From positions 28,274,001 through 28,338,000 of the forward strand of contig CM119372.1 in the NCBI GenBank assembly GCA_051294905.1: a stretch of 64,000 bases of DNA, in the 5' to 3' direction. The position numbers and the translations under genes are program-made. Positions 1-12,200 of this stretch are shown here, in pieces; within the stretch, counting starts at the first letter, position 1; the number at the start of each line of letters is the position of its first letter. The notes beneath the pieces were generated by a model, which did not search any database, had not been told where the DNA came from, and was given only the letters and a program-made list of their open reading frames with translations. This DNA comes from Botryllus schlosseri (Eukaryota).

Positions 1-499
1 GTTGTTTTGTTTGGAATACATTCATGAACTCAGTACTAAATTCAATGTGACCAAAGATCTCTAGCTCTACCCAGTGGCGTAGCAGCCACTTGGCGGTTCT
101 GGCTCTGCGCCAGGGGCGGCAGGCTCCAAGGGGGCGGCAAAATGAGGCTAACACAATGTACACAGCTGGTTAAAGCAGCGTATTTGGTAGTCCTATAGCT
201 GGCGTCCCGTGAGCTAAAATTTAATCAAACTGGTCTTAAACGAAAGCTAGTGTCACGCTAATTCCGAAAACACGAATTAATATGTTAACATGACAATGGA
301 ACCATTCCGAAATAGCCATCAAGGGCGCGTGTTCCTAACAATGGTTGGTTAGTTAATGCAAAGCTACTGCATGCGACACCTTATATATACTCGTGTCTGG
401 AACTTCATCTGACCATTGGTGTTTCAATTGAGGGCTGTGCGAGGAGCTTCTCAAAGCTCAAACTGATTAAGTCTTATTTACGTTCTACCATGAATGATG

Positions 500-966
500 T
501 AGTGCGGAGCATGGACCGGAGCCGGATTGGATATCCGGCCGGATTTTTACAATTTTGGCCGGACCGGATTGGAGCCGGATCAGTACTTTTTCTCTTACGG
601 CCGGAGCCGGATCGGAGCCGGATCACTACTTTTTTGATCCGGCCAGAATTTTTATGGATAAGCATGACTTTTATATGGATAAGCATGACTTTTATATGGA
701 TAAGCATGACTTTTATAACTATATAACTACCAACCAACCACACGTAAGTAACCTCCAAGCCAGTGTGAACATAAACGAGGCATATTTATCAATTCACGGA
801 ACCTCCGTACCGAGTAGGACCGGATTTCTGGCCGGACTTTTTCATTTTTGGCCGGATCGGATTGGAGCCGGATCAGTACTTTTTCGGATACGGCCGGAGC
901 CGGACCAGAGAATTGAACAACCGGATCGGAGCCGGACCAGAGAATTTGTCGATCCGCCCCGCACTA
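500..966. mobile_element. Non-autonomous hAT-type MITE (TAGTGCGG termini) with CCGGATC-rich subterminal repeats
   Basis: Termini TAGTGCGG..CCGCACTA; perfect TSD GAATGATG at 492-499 and 967-974. An inverted second copy lies at 15145-15494. Confidence 0.9.
651..717. repeat. 21-bp tandem repeat, 3 copies (TATGGATAAGCATGACTTTTA)
   Basis: Visible directly; the sister element at 15145-15494 has only one unit. Confidence 0.85.
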
Positions 967-998
967 GAATGATGATCGGCTATCATCTCTATCGATAG

Positions 999-1902
999 CA
1001 GTGGTTCTCAACCTTTTTGTCTTCGCGGAACACTTTGACCGCTACAGACCCCCGTGGACACCCTCAATTATCGTGCAACCGCCAACTGTCTCGTGCAAAC
1101 ATTGATTTTAGGTTAGTAATAAACAGCCAGAAAATGAATTTTATTCAAAATAACATCACACTATATATGTCGAAATTGGGTAGACTTTTAATATTTCGAA
1201 ACGAATTCTCCACCTGTATTTATTGTCTTGAAAATTCCCGTCTTTGATTGGATATGAACGAGTGCCGAAAGTCCATTTCCACAAAGATAGATTGGTGGCG
1301 AATGTAATATCAACGCGTAACGCTTCTGCATGACGACAGCTTTTGGTGTGTGTTTGTAATGAACATATCATGTCCATTGTCCACGCAGCCTATATAGTCA
1401 ATTCTATCTAGCATCTCATCTTGAAGGCATTTAGTGGTTATATCACAGAAGAAAATGGACTTCGTGGCGGCGCGGTTTCAATTCCTTCATTGGGACAGAT
1501 CAGGAAACAAGTTCAGGAACTTCTATTTCAAACGAATGTTTACAAATTTGCTGCGACTGACAACTGCAAATCCAAATTGCTATCTTCAACATTTAATTTT
1601 TCAGAAACCTTAACAAAACATTTATAAACAGCAATATATGTTTACATCGGCATGCCATTGGTAAGTTGACAATAAAATGAGTTTGCACAGTCGGATATTT
1701 CATCTCAGACGAACATTTTAATGACGTGAGTCCTAAAGTTTTAGTAATTATGAAGCGAAGCGAAAACTGTCCCATGCTTTTCCTAATTAAAAAATGTAAA
1801 GTAAGTTACTTATGACTTTACAATGACCAGAGGCTTCGTAGACCCCCTGAAAATGCTTCGTGGCCCACCAGGGGTCCGCGGATCCCCGGTTGAGAACCAC
1901 TG
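999..1902. mobile_element. hAT-type MITE (CAGTGGTTCTCAACC TIR)
   Basis: 15-bp perfect TIRs; degenerate TSD ATCGATAG/GTCTATAG; ends shared with 45302-46017. Confidence 0.85.
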
Positions 1903-2138
1903 GTCTATAGAAAGAGACTACGTTCAAAATCTTGAATTTGAGGATATTATCGCTGATTTTTCATCGGCAAAGCCCGAAAAGTTAAGGCTATTGATTTTCT
2001 ATTTGCACAATACATTCGTTCGCTATTTCTTGTCCTTAATATTTTTGACCTTATTAACGTTGAGACGGTGAGGCTGAGACGCGGCGTATTACTTGTAATT
2101 ATTTTTATTGACAAGATTGTTTGAACATGAATCTATAT

Positions 2139-2944
2139 CACGGGCGGGCAACTTCTTCAGTCGGCGGGCCAGATATTGGAAAATTAGGAACTTGTCGGCC
2201 GGATTTCTGAATCGATACATTATCCGCCCATTTATCCACATATACAAGGAATAAATCGTATTTAATGACGGTATTTTAACGACACCAATGTAACTTTAAA
2301 GCCATTTCTCGCCAATAATGACTAAGACAATGTGGATTTGAGAACAGCATTGTCATACTAGCACCACCATGTCTGCTTCTCTCTGATCAATCAACACACG
2401 GTGCAATCATCAATTAGGATTTCAAGGCGTTCGATAAGCCCGGTACCCCAAATGTTCTAAGATATCAATTCATTGGGGTTTAGTAGGTAACGAGACAACT
2501 GCCTATTTTATCTCGATATTGAATTCATGCGGCCGGCGGCCTCTACGAAATTTGAAAGTGGCAAACGGTGTCTTACAGAAGCCTGCATGTGTGCTGTGCT
2601 ACAAGTCGACGGTTACAGAATCAAAAATAAGAAATATCGGCCTGGTGTAAATGACCATTGTAGTCGACAGACACCATGATTACCACAAATGTCATTAGGG
2701 TTCAGTACATCGTAAATGCCGATAATGCAATAAGTCTTCTCGCTTCGACGAACTGACGCGTATTAGCGTCACCCTCGCTTGCTGCGTAATGCGTATATAC
2801 ATGTGTATAATGACATACAGTAACTAAAATTTAACGTATGTAAGCACTAAGCAGGTAGTGGGGAATCTCGGAAGACTGGGGCCGCGGGCCACATCATCAT
2901 GTAAGACGGAAAACTGTCCGCGGGCCGTATGTTGCCCGCCCCTG
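2139..2944. mobile_element. hAT-type MITE (CAGGGGCGGGCAAC-like TIR)
   Basis: CACGGGCGGGCAAC..GTTGCCCGCCCCTG; perfect TSD ATCTATAT at 2131-2138 and 2945-2952. Confidence 0.88.
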
Positions 2945-3563
2945 ATCTATATTGATATTAGTTGCGGTCTACTTAGGGGGCGGCATTTTAAGCGAAAGCC
3001 AGGGGCAGCAGCACATGCTGCTACGCCAGTGGCTCTACCACCATCTCAGTTGATTCACTGTAGCGATCAGAGGTGGTCAAAGTAGTCAAGAAAGCAACTC
3101 AAGTAGAAGTAGAAGTAGCGACGGAAAAATCTACTCAAGTACGAGTAGAAGTACTTCTTTCATAAGCAACCTAAAACTACTTGAACTAGACGTAGAATTG
3201 ACTGACTTTGAATCTACTCAAGTAAGTAATTGTGAAAACGATCGTAATTGGTTCGCATGGACTGTCAAAAGCTGCAAATTGCGCTATGCGGAAAGTGTAG
3301 AAAGCTTAATTGATTCATATTGATGCATCCCTGAAGGTGTCAATTTTTGACAGAATAAGCAGTCGTCTACATCATGGGATGTAAATGATAGTATTGATAT
3401 GGAAATGCGATACTAATCCTTTGTTTACTCGAACACCCGGTTTTAGAGACAATCACGGCATGGCGCCCTCTCCCATATTATAAGGCCCCTAGTTCAGTCG
3501 AAGAGCAATGCGGAGAAGTTATGTAAAGTATGGCAGATCGTAAAAATGCCATATAGTGTATAG

Positions 3564-4769
3564 CAGGGGTGGCCAACCTTTTTGCCATTCACGGCCGCCT
3601 TCCGACTACTCATGTAGCCTACGGCCGCATTCCAGGGCATCGTCGTAATGAACGAGCTGGACGTCAAATACCCATGTTAAAGTGTCTATGTCCATTTCCG
3701 GTGAACTCTGGACTGATATATTTAATGATATAGGCTTACTATAGGCCTACCAGGCTTACCATATTTCGGAAATCTAAAAAGAGGACACTTTTTCAGAAAT
3801 TTTAGACTTGCAAAACCGGAGAAGAATTCTCAAAAACCGGTTAATTTTTCCCACTTTGTGATCGGTTGACTAAAAAAAAAAAGGTATTCTTTTCGCTCAA
3901 AATACCGTTTTTCTCTCCACATTGCTAGGTGTATGACTAAAAAAATAAATTAAAAAAGGTCAAATCACCGTTTTTCACTCCGAAATACCCGCCGGAGCGT
4001 CACTTCTGTGCTAATTTACGGCATATCACTCGCAATTTGCTCTAAATCTGACCTAAATTTTCAAAAAAAGAGGACAAAAGGGCGTCCTCTGAGGACACTT
4101 TCAAAAAAGTCAAAAAAGAGGAAAATCCTCTTAAAAGAGGACGTATGGTAACCCTATACTATACGCACCGAAATATCGAGTGGTCATGCTAAGTAATGCT
4201 AAGGGACTGATTAATTATAGTCACGCGAAGCAAGAAAAAATTTAAGATTTCCTAACCAAAGTTTTACATATTAAATGCTATCAAAGATTTACCCTTTCTC
4301 AGCCCATGGGATCGGATTCACCGGTATAGAGTTGATGCAGGGGCGTTTTCGAAAATTTAGGGCAAGTTATAAATGTTGATGCATCTTCGGATGGGCCAAT
4401 TGTTATTAGTCACTTTGTTACATGCTGTTATTTCTTTACCTCCAATCAGGATTGTCGGTATAGTGAGGAGAACACACGATTCCGAGTTGTTATTTCCATA
4501 TGAGGCTCATCGTTTTCCTTTGGTGTTCGCATCAGTATTGTGGGGCTCTGATTGCAACGAGCTCTACTATATTTAAATCGAAAAATGATGACACATTGAT
4601 TCGCGCGCAGCGCGAAGAAAATATCAAGATTAATTAAAATCTTTCAAGAAATCGGGAGTCAATTCGTTGAATTCAAATTGCATGTCGACGGCCGCCAACA
4701 TATACTAATTGAATTACGTGTCCATTGCCGCACAGATTTCTCTTTACGGCCGCAGGTTGGCCACCCCTG
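3564..4769. mobile_element. hAT-type MITE (CAGGGGTGGCCAACC TIR), nested
   Basis: Perfect 15-bp TIRs; perfect TSD GTGTATAG. It contains a further insert at ~3751-4156. A related copy lies at 55556-57548. Confidence 0.9.
3751..4156. mobile_element. MITE of the TAGGGTTACC family (GAGGAC subterminal motifs)
   Basis: CAGGCTTACCATA..TATGGTAACCCTA termini; homologous copies at 7613-7984 and 17897-18235; TSD not clear for this copy. Confidence 0.7.
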
Positions 4770-7612
4770 GTGTATAGCTTTATTTTCGGAAAATATAATA
4801 CATTACTACACTAGCTTTTATACTTCAACATGTATGCTCTCCAAACAAAAGAACTGAATCTATAATTAGAACTCAACGCATAGTACTCGTTATTGAAAGA
4901 AAAATACAAATACTACCTCTAAAAAGCGGTAAATGTATTTCATGTCCAGAAAGTTTCTACGGTGGTCTGCTAAAACAAATCTAACGTTAAAAAGTCAAAG
5001 TCCACTTTTCCAGATTAGGACACGTCATGGACTGCTAGATATAATAGGTAATTGCTAGATTTCGAAACGGTAGTTTCAACGTTATGGGAGGGGGGGGGGG
5101 TGCATAGGCTACTTACTGTGATGAAATATTCGATGTAGGCGACAATGTGGTGTGAACGGAACGTTCCTTAAAACATATTTGCCACTCCATATCCACTGTG
5201 CGCGCGAAGCGCAACGAAAATTCTGGGTATTACATGACTTTCATGAAAATTTAATGTTGGTACTACGTGAAAACAGCCCCGAAATTCCTCGGGCTATCTT
5301 TCTTATTGGGGGATTACACTACTTATACTTGACAAACTGAAAATAGCGAAAAGAAAGTTAGTAGTTCATAAAATATTACGAAGTAGAAATAGCTAAAAAA
5401 AGATCTATTTGAGTAAGTACCAGAAGTAAAAGAAAACTACTTGAGTACTCCGAAAAAGTAGAAGTTCTTCGTTACTAACCACCTCTGGTAAAGATAAAAA
5501 GTAATAAAACAAAACCCAGTACAATGAACGTCCCCGGGAAGGGGAATCACTGGTATAGTGGGATGGAATAGCCCAAACGTACCAGAATCAATTTTTGTTT
5601 CGTGAGGGCACAAAAAGTTTCAGGTTAGTATTTCTATATCGGGCTCATCAATTTCTCTGCCGTTCGCGTCTGTACTGTGGGCCTCAGACTGCAAAGGGTG
5701 TAGAGGACGCTATTATATTAAAACCGAAAAAAGAAGCAGGCTACGTCGTATTGAATCGCGCCTAGCGCGAAGAAAATTTCAAGATTAATTAAAATCTCTC
5801 AAAATTTCGGGAGTCAATTCGTAGGGTAAATTAAATTTGCATGTCGACTGACCCAAACACATACTAATTGAATTACGTGTCGACGGCCGCAGGTTGGCTT
5901 CCCCTGTGCCATGTGAACGTGAACAGTGAACACCATGTGAACGTGAACAGTGAACACTGAACACGCACCTTCCAACCCGACATCTCCGTAAAGTGATATA
6001 ATAATTTATATCAGTGGTTCCTAAACTTTTTTTAGCACGACCCAAATCCGAGTTTTATTAATACCATCAATCGACCCAAGCCGCCTACATCGAAGGATAT
6101 GCATTTCTAATATTATTATGCTACGTATCAACAGGGTAGGCCATATGCATCAACCGGGTAAGGTGCGGACAACCGGCTGTACTCAACACTATTCGATGAA
6201 ACATTCTTCACTACAAAAGTTCATTGATACAGTGGCTATGTTACTACAGTGACAATATGACTACTTTAATGATATTGATCACGGTGAAAACCCCCAAACC
6301 TTTTGACAGTCCATGCGAACGAATTACGACCGTTTTCACAACTACTTACTTACTGGTTTAAGTAGATTTAAAGTCAATCAATTCTACTTCTCTTCAAGTA
6401 GTTTTAGGTTGCTTTTAAAAGTACTACTTTTAATCGTACTTGAGTAGATTTTTGCATCGCTACTCCTACTTCTACCTCAGTAGCTTTCTTGACTACTTTG
6501 GCCACCTCTACTGATCAGTGACCAGGAGTCACATCGATATTGTAGGATAATATTCATTGTTGGTAGGCTAATGTTGGACAAAATCGAGTATCTAGCTAGG
6601 TGATTCGATGTCGAGTACCACCGCAGGTAAAATGATGCCATTTACACTTAATCAAAAGCAATTTTGAATTTCTCGACCATGACTATTTTGCGGCGATATG
6701 TGGCTATCACTGCCTTAAGAAATGTCGCCCCAACCTTATTAGTAGCCTTATGCAAGATGTTTTTCGTTGATAAACTACGGCTGTAGATGCGGTTTCGAGG
6801 CTCCAACGGAGCATATACTGCGTATACACTACAGCAGTGCTTTTCAACCTTTTTGAGCTCCATTCGCACTTTAAAAAAAATTTCATTCGCACCAGCCAGT
6901 CGGAATTTATTACTCAAATAGAAAATGAAGAAACTTGTCACTTTTGTATTCGAAGAGCGCTTGTTGGATGTGCAGAGCTTCATTATTTTACAATCAGCGT
7001 AGATTATTGAATTGATTAATCAAGTACTAAAATCACTGCAGTAGAAAAATCACAGATATCGGACTTCCGTTGTCCCAAATGTGTTCCTTGCTTTTTCGGA
7101 GGGTATCGTGCAGTGATTTTCTTCGAAGCTCAAAGGGCGAACCCAGGAACATTATTCACTCGCAACAATATCACTTTTCCACTAAATCGACATCGCGATG
7201 TGGATGTGTTCGCACTCAGGACGCACAAAAGAGTGAAACTGCACTTTAATCCTAGCATCAATGTTGCGACGTGCACCTTTGGTTCATTTTCTGACAATAT
7301 TCGAAAAGATGCTTCACCGTACTAAGGTATGTAATGTACGGTGGGCGTTAAAAACAGGCAGGACTTGCTATACAAACCCACACAATCAGAGTAATTGATG
7401 ACGGTTATTTATGGATAGACTTGGGCTTCTTTCACTTCTTATCTATGCCATAAACAAATCAACATATCTTCCCAGAACAACGCGAGGTTTCCTTGTGGTT
7501 GTTGAAACCAACACTTAAACCTTATTGAATAATTATTACTTATACGAGATTCATGATTAATGCACAGTTAATTATATCGGCCAGTGTTGCCAACTGCGGA
7601 ATGGCTCTTAGG

Positions 7613-7984
7613 TAGGGTTACCATACGTCCTCTTTTTTGGCTTTTTTGAAAGTGTCCTCGGAGGACGCCCCTTTGTCCTCTTTTTTGAGAACTTTGGTCA
7701 TATATATAGCAAAATCCGACTGAGATGCCGTAAATCAGCAGCCAAGTGACGCTCTGGCGGGTATTTCGGGAGCTGAGCGGAAAGTTAACCTTTTTTTTTC
7801 TTTAGTCAACCACCTGACAATGTGAGCAGAAAAACTGTATTTTGGGCACACAGAGAAAGATGACCTTTTTTTAGTCAACCGACCACCAAGTGGGTAAAAT
7901 TGACCATTTATTGAGAATTCTCCTCCGGTTTTGCAAGTCTGAAAAAGTGTCCTCATTTTAGATTTCTAAAATATGGTAACCCCG
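7613..7984. mobile_element. MITE of the TAGGGTTACC family
   Basis: TAGGGTTACCATA..TATGGTAACCCCG; TSD CTCTTAGG/CTCTTACG; inverted homolog of 3751-4156. Confidence 0.8.
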
Positions 7985-9101
7985 CTCTTACGGCAATCGT
8001 ACAATATTGGCAAACTGACTGAAATGATGCTAAATTATCTTTAATAGCTCAAATATCCTTATTAGGGCTGTTCAAAAAAAACTTTTTTTCCTGAATCTTG
8101 CTGGTTACGTGATTAAATCGTTAGCTTGCCTTAAAAAACGACGCACACCAAATTTTAATTCATTCCAACCAATAATCGCGGATTTCGTACAGTTTGAAAA
8201 TTTTGAATTTACCCAAAGATGCAAAAAAATATTTTTGTCAAATTTTTCTGTCAACCCCATGAAATTGTTGCGCTGTCTTCAAAGACGATGCAAAACAAAT
8301 TTGACTCAATTCCAACCCGTAGAAGCGGAGCTAATTGAGTTTTTCTTCGATAATTCAGGGATTATCTTTGATCGGTGGATAATCCAAGAATTATCATCGA
8401 AAAACTCAAATACTTGATATCCTATCATGTTTATTTGATTTATTCCACGTCACAAAAAGTGAGAAATATGGACATGACGATTTTCATTCGCACCACGCTT
8501 GTCATTCGCCCCGAATTCTTTTTCATTCACACAAGTGCGAATCGTCACACAGGTAGAAAAGCACTGAACTGCAGCATCGAAACTTAAATCTGTCGTTTAT
8601 GAAGTATTACTCTCGAGGTGATGATGATGATACTCAACTCTATTACTTAAATCATTCTGATCAGTCATACTCCCGGTCAATGAACCTACACAGCAGATTT
8701 CCTCACCAGACCAGAAGTGGATCGGCTGCTAGTAAATGGCGCAAAATATATTTTTAATATTACGCCACAAAGGTTACTGAAATGTCACGCAGACCAACGT
8801 ATGACAGCAAATCTTTGCCACTCGAGCTGAAAAAACGCACACAGTACGTTATTAGCAAATGTCCAATGCAACGGGCGAGTCCGATTTATCAACACAAAAT
8901 TGCGAATTACCAACATCAGAAAACGAGGGCGAAAATGAATGAAAATAAAACGACAGTACAAGAATCATGATTCATAAATTTAACATTATAATCTTCCGTC
9001 CCCCCATCCCAGGTAGTTTGACTACGAAATTCCCCGAGAAAACCCACCATATTATGGAGTCCGCACACTGGGAATGCAACCCGCCAACAGATTTGGGGAC
9101 A

Positions 9102-9294
9102 CTACCCAACAGAGTAATTATCCATGATATATTTAACAACGCTAGCCAGATGGGTGCGCGTGTTGTGCGGCTTGTTGTCCATGTACTGCTTAATAAAAGC
9201 GTCCATGCGCGCGTTGTGGGGGTTATTCTTGGCAGTTGGCACTGTGATACTGCCGCCGTTGGGCTGCAGTACGATGGGCGTCACCACTGCTTGT
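9102..9294 (-). CDS. MED14: MED14 last coding exon
   Basis: Acceptor TTTCAG, phase 2; reads [25 protein letters not shown], aligning with the MED14 C-terminus. Confidence 0.85.
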
Positions 9295-12200
9295 CTGAAA
9301 TCGGAAAAATGTTGGTTTTAAAACAAAGTACGGCAAGCAAAACGGATGCAGGGGAGGTCGGTAACCAAAGGTATTAGATTGACGCTCTATTGATTATTCT
9401 GGTGGTCAACACGTTTTTTTTTTGCGGAAGATTGTGTGTGAAGACTCTTTTTCACCTGATCTGTGTGCGCTGAATTCGAATCTGGCTTCATTTTGTTTCT
9501 ATAACATCATATTTTTGAGAAATATATATGGAGGTACAGAACTTCAATATACAATTGAATAGTATATTCCTATTGAAATGAGCCCGAGCATTTTCGGCTG
9601 ACACTCATAAGGGGTGATCGTCAGCAACTAGCAGAGAATAGGCAAGAACTATGCATATCAACAATCGTATCACGAAATATGAGGTCGCTAGCATGAAATT
9701 TCAACAATTGAGGCGAAGAAAGGGCTCAAGCTCAAAGTACTAATTTTAGATGGTACACAAGCTCCTTCTGTAGGCACAGACGTGGTTGGCGTATTTTGAT
9801 AGCACCAAATCTGTCGTCCCGAAATATATATGTTCATTACAGAAGTGGTCAGTAACAAAGTAATTCTACTTTCTCGGACCACCAAGTATGTAGTAGTACT
9901 AAATTATTATTATAAAGTCGTACTTACTAGTTATTTAGGCCAAACTAGACCTAGAATACCTACTTTACTTACTTGGAAATAGCTATTTAAAATGTGTAGA
10001 AATTTACAAAGTTAGTTCTACTTCTACTCGAGTACCAACGAGGACTACTTTGACCACCTCATCCGGGTTAATTTCAATATGAATATACTATGCAATTGTA
10101 TACTGATGGTCTGTCCAGGGTGTTAATGACTCAAGTCATGACTCGACTCGCGATTTGTTGGTGACTCGCCTTGACTAGAGTCATTTTTTTAAATGCGTGA
10201 AATGACTCGACTCAAGTCAATTTTTATATCGACTCGAGTCATTGTGCATGACTCGAGACTAGGACGGCCAAGACGGAATAGTAAAGTTACCACATTATTG
10301 GTATTTCGTCTATCAGTCCTGATACTTGGGGAAACAGGGCCAGAAACGGTTAAAACTAAGGAAAACTACTAGGCCTATACCGTATATGAATGCGAGCCAT
10401 TCTATATCACTCGCGCAGAGTTGAAGAAGAGGGTTGGACCGGATTGAACTGAAAACTGAACTTAATGACTTGGACTCGAGTCAAAATACTATGACTCGGA
10501 CTCGCCCCTCTACTAGCTGAATTGGACTCGGAGTTGACTCGGTGGTGAATTTAAAATGACTCAAGTAAAAACTATAATAGTGAGATAGACTTGTGACTCG
10601 GAACCTTGCGTCTTGGTTACGACCCTGGCTCACCTGTCCCTGTATTACTGTATGCTGTATCATATAGTTATCGAATAATCAACCCATATGTAGCGCAATT
10701 AAATCATTTTGCATTGGTTGCGAAGATACATCTGGCAAGTTCGGTAGAAGCCTCTTCCTATGAACTGTTACAAGGGCAATTACCTATTTACCTAAAGCAC
10801 GGACGATTTTGCACTAAAAAATCAAAAAAAATTTGACATCAAAAAACTATATTTGAAAAAATTTTGCAGTAAGGTATTTATGTTAGGCAATGTTGCGCAT
10901 TACGTTAGAATCGTGGTACATTTCTGGTTGAAATTGTCTGTCATTACGAAGTAGCTTGGCAAGAATACCGACAGTGTTTGTTACCTACATCGACTTTGTT
11001 AGGCCTCAACCGAAATCTGAGTTTTGTTAAGATCCACCCATATGTTGAGAAACACAGTGATATAAAAACCAATGTCCATCATGCAGTTAAGCTTCAGATT
11101 TCGGATATCGGCGGGAGCTGACCTACTAGAAATTTCACTCGTTTTAGGTGCCATGATCATCATGCCTCTTGAACTTGTTTCATTCGATGGTCAATGATTC
11201 ACAATTAGTAGACAATGGACCGTCTACAACTGTAAGACTATCAAGTAGAGTACAAGGTGTAAAAAAGTTCACCGATAGTGCAACCTCTGCGACAATAACA
11301 AATGCAGTCTGCAAGACAATTTTGACTTAGTAAACAATTTTGACAATATTTCAACCTTAACGATACAACTTTGACAAAATTTGGACTATTTCTGCAATGT
11401 CAAAAAATAATCGCCCTAGAAGTATGCCACCGCTCGACGAAATCTATCTTTCGAAACAGGATGGACAGGATAGTGGAGTTTATCGATAATCCAACTTTAT
11501 GATCTCCGCCCTAAAAGTAGATTTGGTCGAGGGGAGGCATACACCCAGAGGTGGCTACTTTCAAAATTGCAAGTTGACTCTTTGCGGCTAACGAAAAACG
11601 ATCACGCTACAAATAATCGATATATATCGAGTTACCGTGGACATTAGGGGAATTGATCTGATCAAACTGATCCCGAAACTGTCTCCTACTTTTCAAAATC
11701 CCACGTCGGTGGTCTTCTAACACCAAATAGCCATGGTCACACTGGAGCAAATTTACGATAAACAAGACCATTATACAACACCGCCACACACAAAATGGTA
11801 CCGACCTGCTAGCTGGAGCATTTCCGATGTTCTTTGGCACAAAGGTCATCACAATCAGCACCTTCTCCTTGATAAACACGGCAGGTGCGCACGGCACCGC
11901 CATCGCCAGTTTAGGCGGCACAGTCAGGCACAGCTGCGGCAGCCACCGAACAGCCATATCCGTCTTATGGTCGCTGAGCTCCAGCCTCATGATGCCCATG
12001 AAATCGTTCAGTATCGGCCATTTGGCCAAGAGAATCAGGCAGAAGCTGTGCATGTTGTTGGACCGGTACGGGTGGGTCGCCACTCTGAGTTGAAAAAACC
12101 TTTCGAGTATCACCAGGTTCTCGGGACGCCAGCTTTCCTGGGGCAAGCCGCGTTGCTGCAAAGTATACGCCGGGACTGGTTGTAATTTAAGAGCAAGCCC

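Larger units (their letters stand above)
72..3031 (+). mobile_element. Decayed hAT DNA transposon derivative carrying a transposase C-terminal remnant and three nested MITEs
   Basis: TIRs CAGTGGCGTAGCAGC (72) and GCTGCTACGCCAGTG (ends 3031, 1 mismatch); perfect 8-bp TSD GCTCTACC at 64-71 and 3032-3039. With the inserts removed the + strand reads ..LTIGVSIEGCARSFSKLKLIKSYLRSTMND|DRLSSLSI|ERDYVQNLEFEDIIADFSSAK, the typical hAT C-terminal dimerization motif. Confidence 0.9.
3068..5487. mobile_element. Non-autonomous DNA transposon (CAGAGGTGGT TIR, AAGTAG-rich ends) with nested inserts
   Basis: CAGAGGTGGT..ACCACCTCTG; TSD GTAGCGAT/GTAAAGAT (6/8). Related end fragments at ~6340-6510, ~9900-10060, 54909 and 60660. 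Confidence 0.75.

Noticed and set aside
474..998. ORFs of 78-147 aa with repeated peptides
   Set aside because: They lie within a MITE and result from its 21-bp and CCGGATC repeats.
5519..8960. Possible small plus-strand spliced gene (donor-like sites at ~5624, ~6158, ~6627, ~7327)
   Set aside because: I could not assemble a consistent reading frame or recognise a product.
11607..11805. C-terminal extension of the 915-aa ORF
   Set aside because: MED14 similarity stops at the donor at 11805 and resumes in the exon at 9294; the extension is intron read-through.
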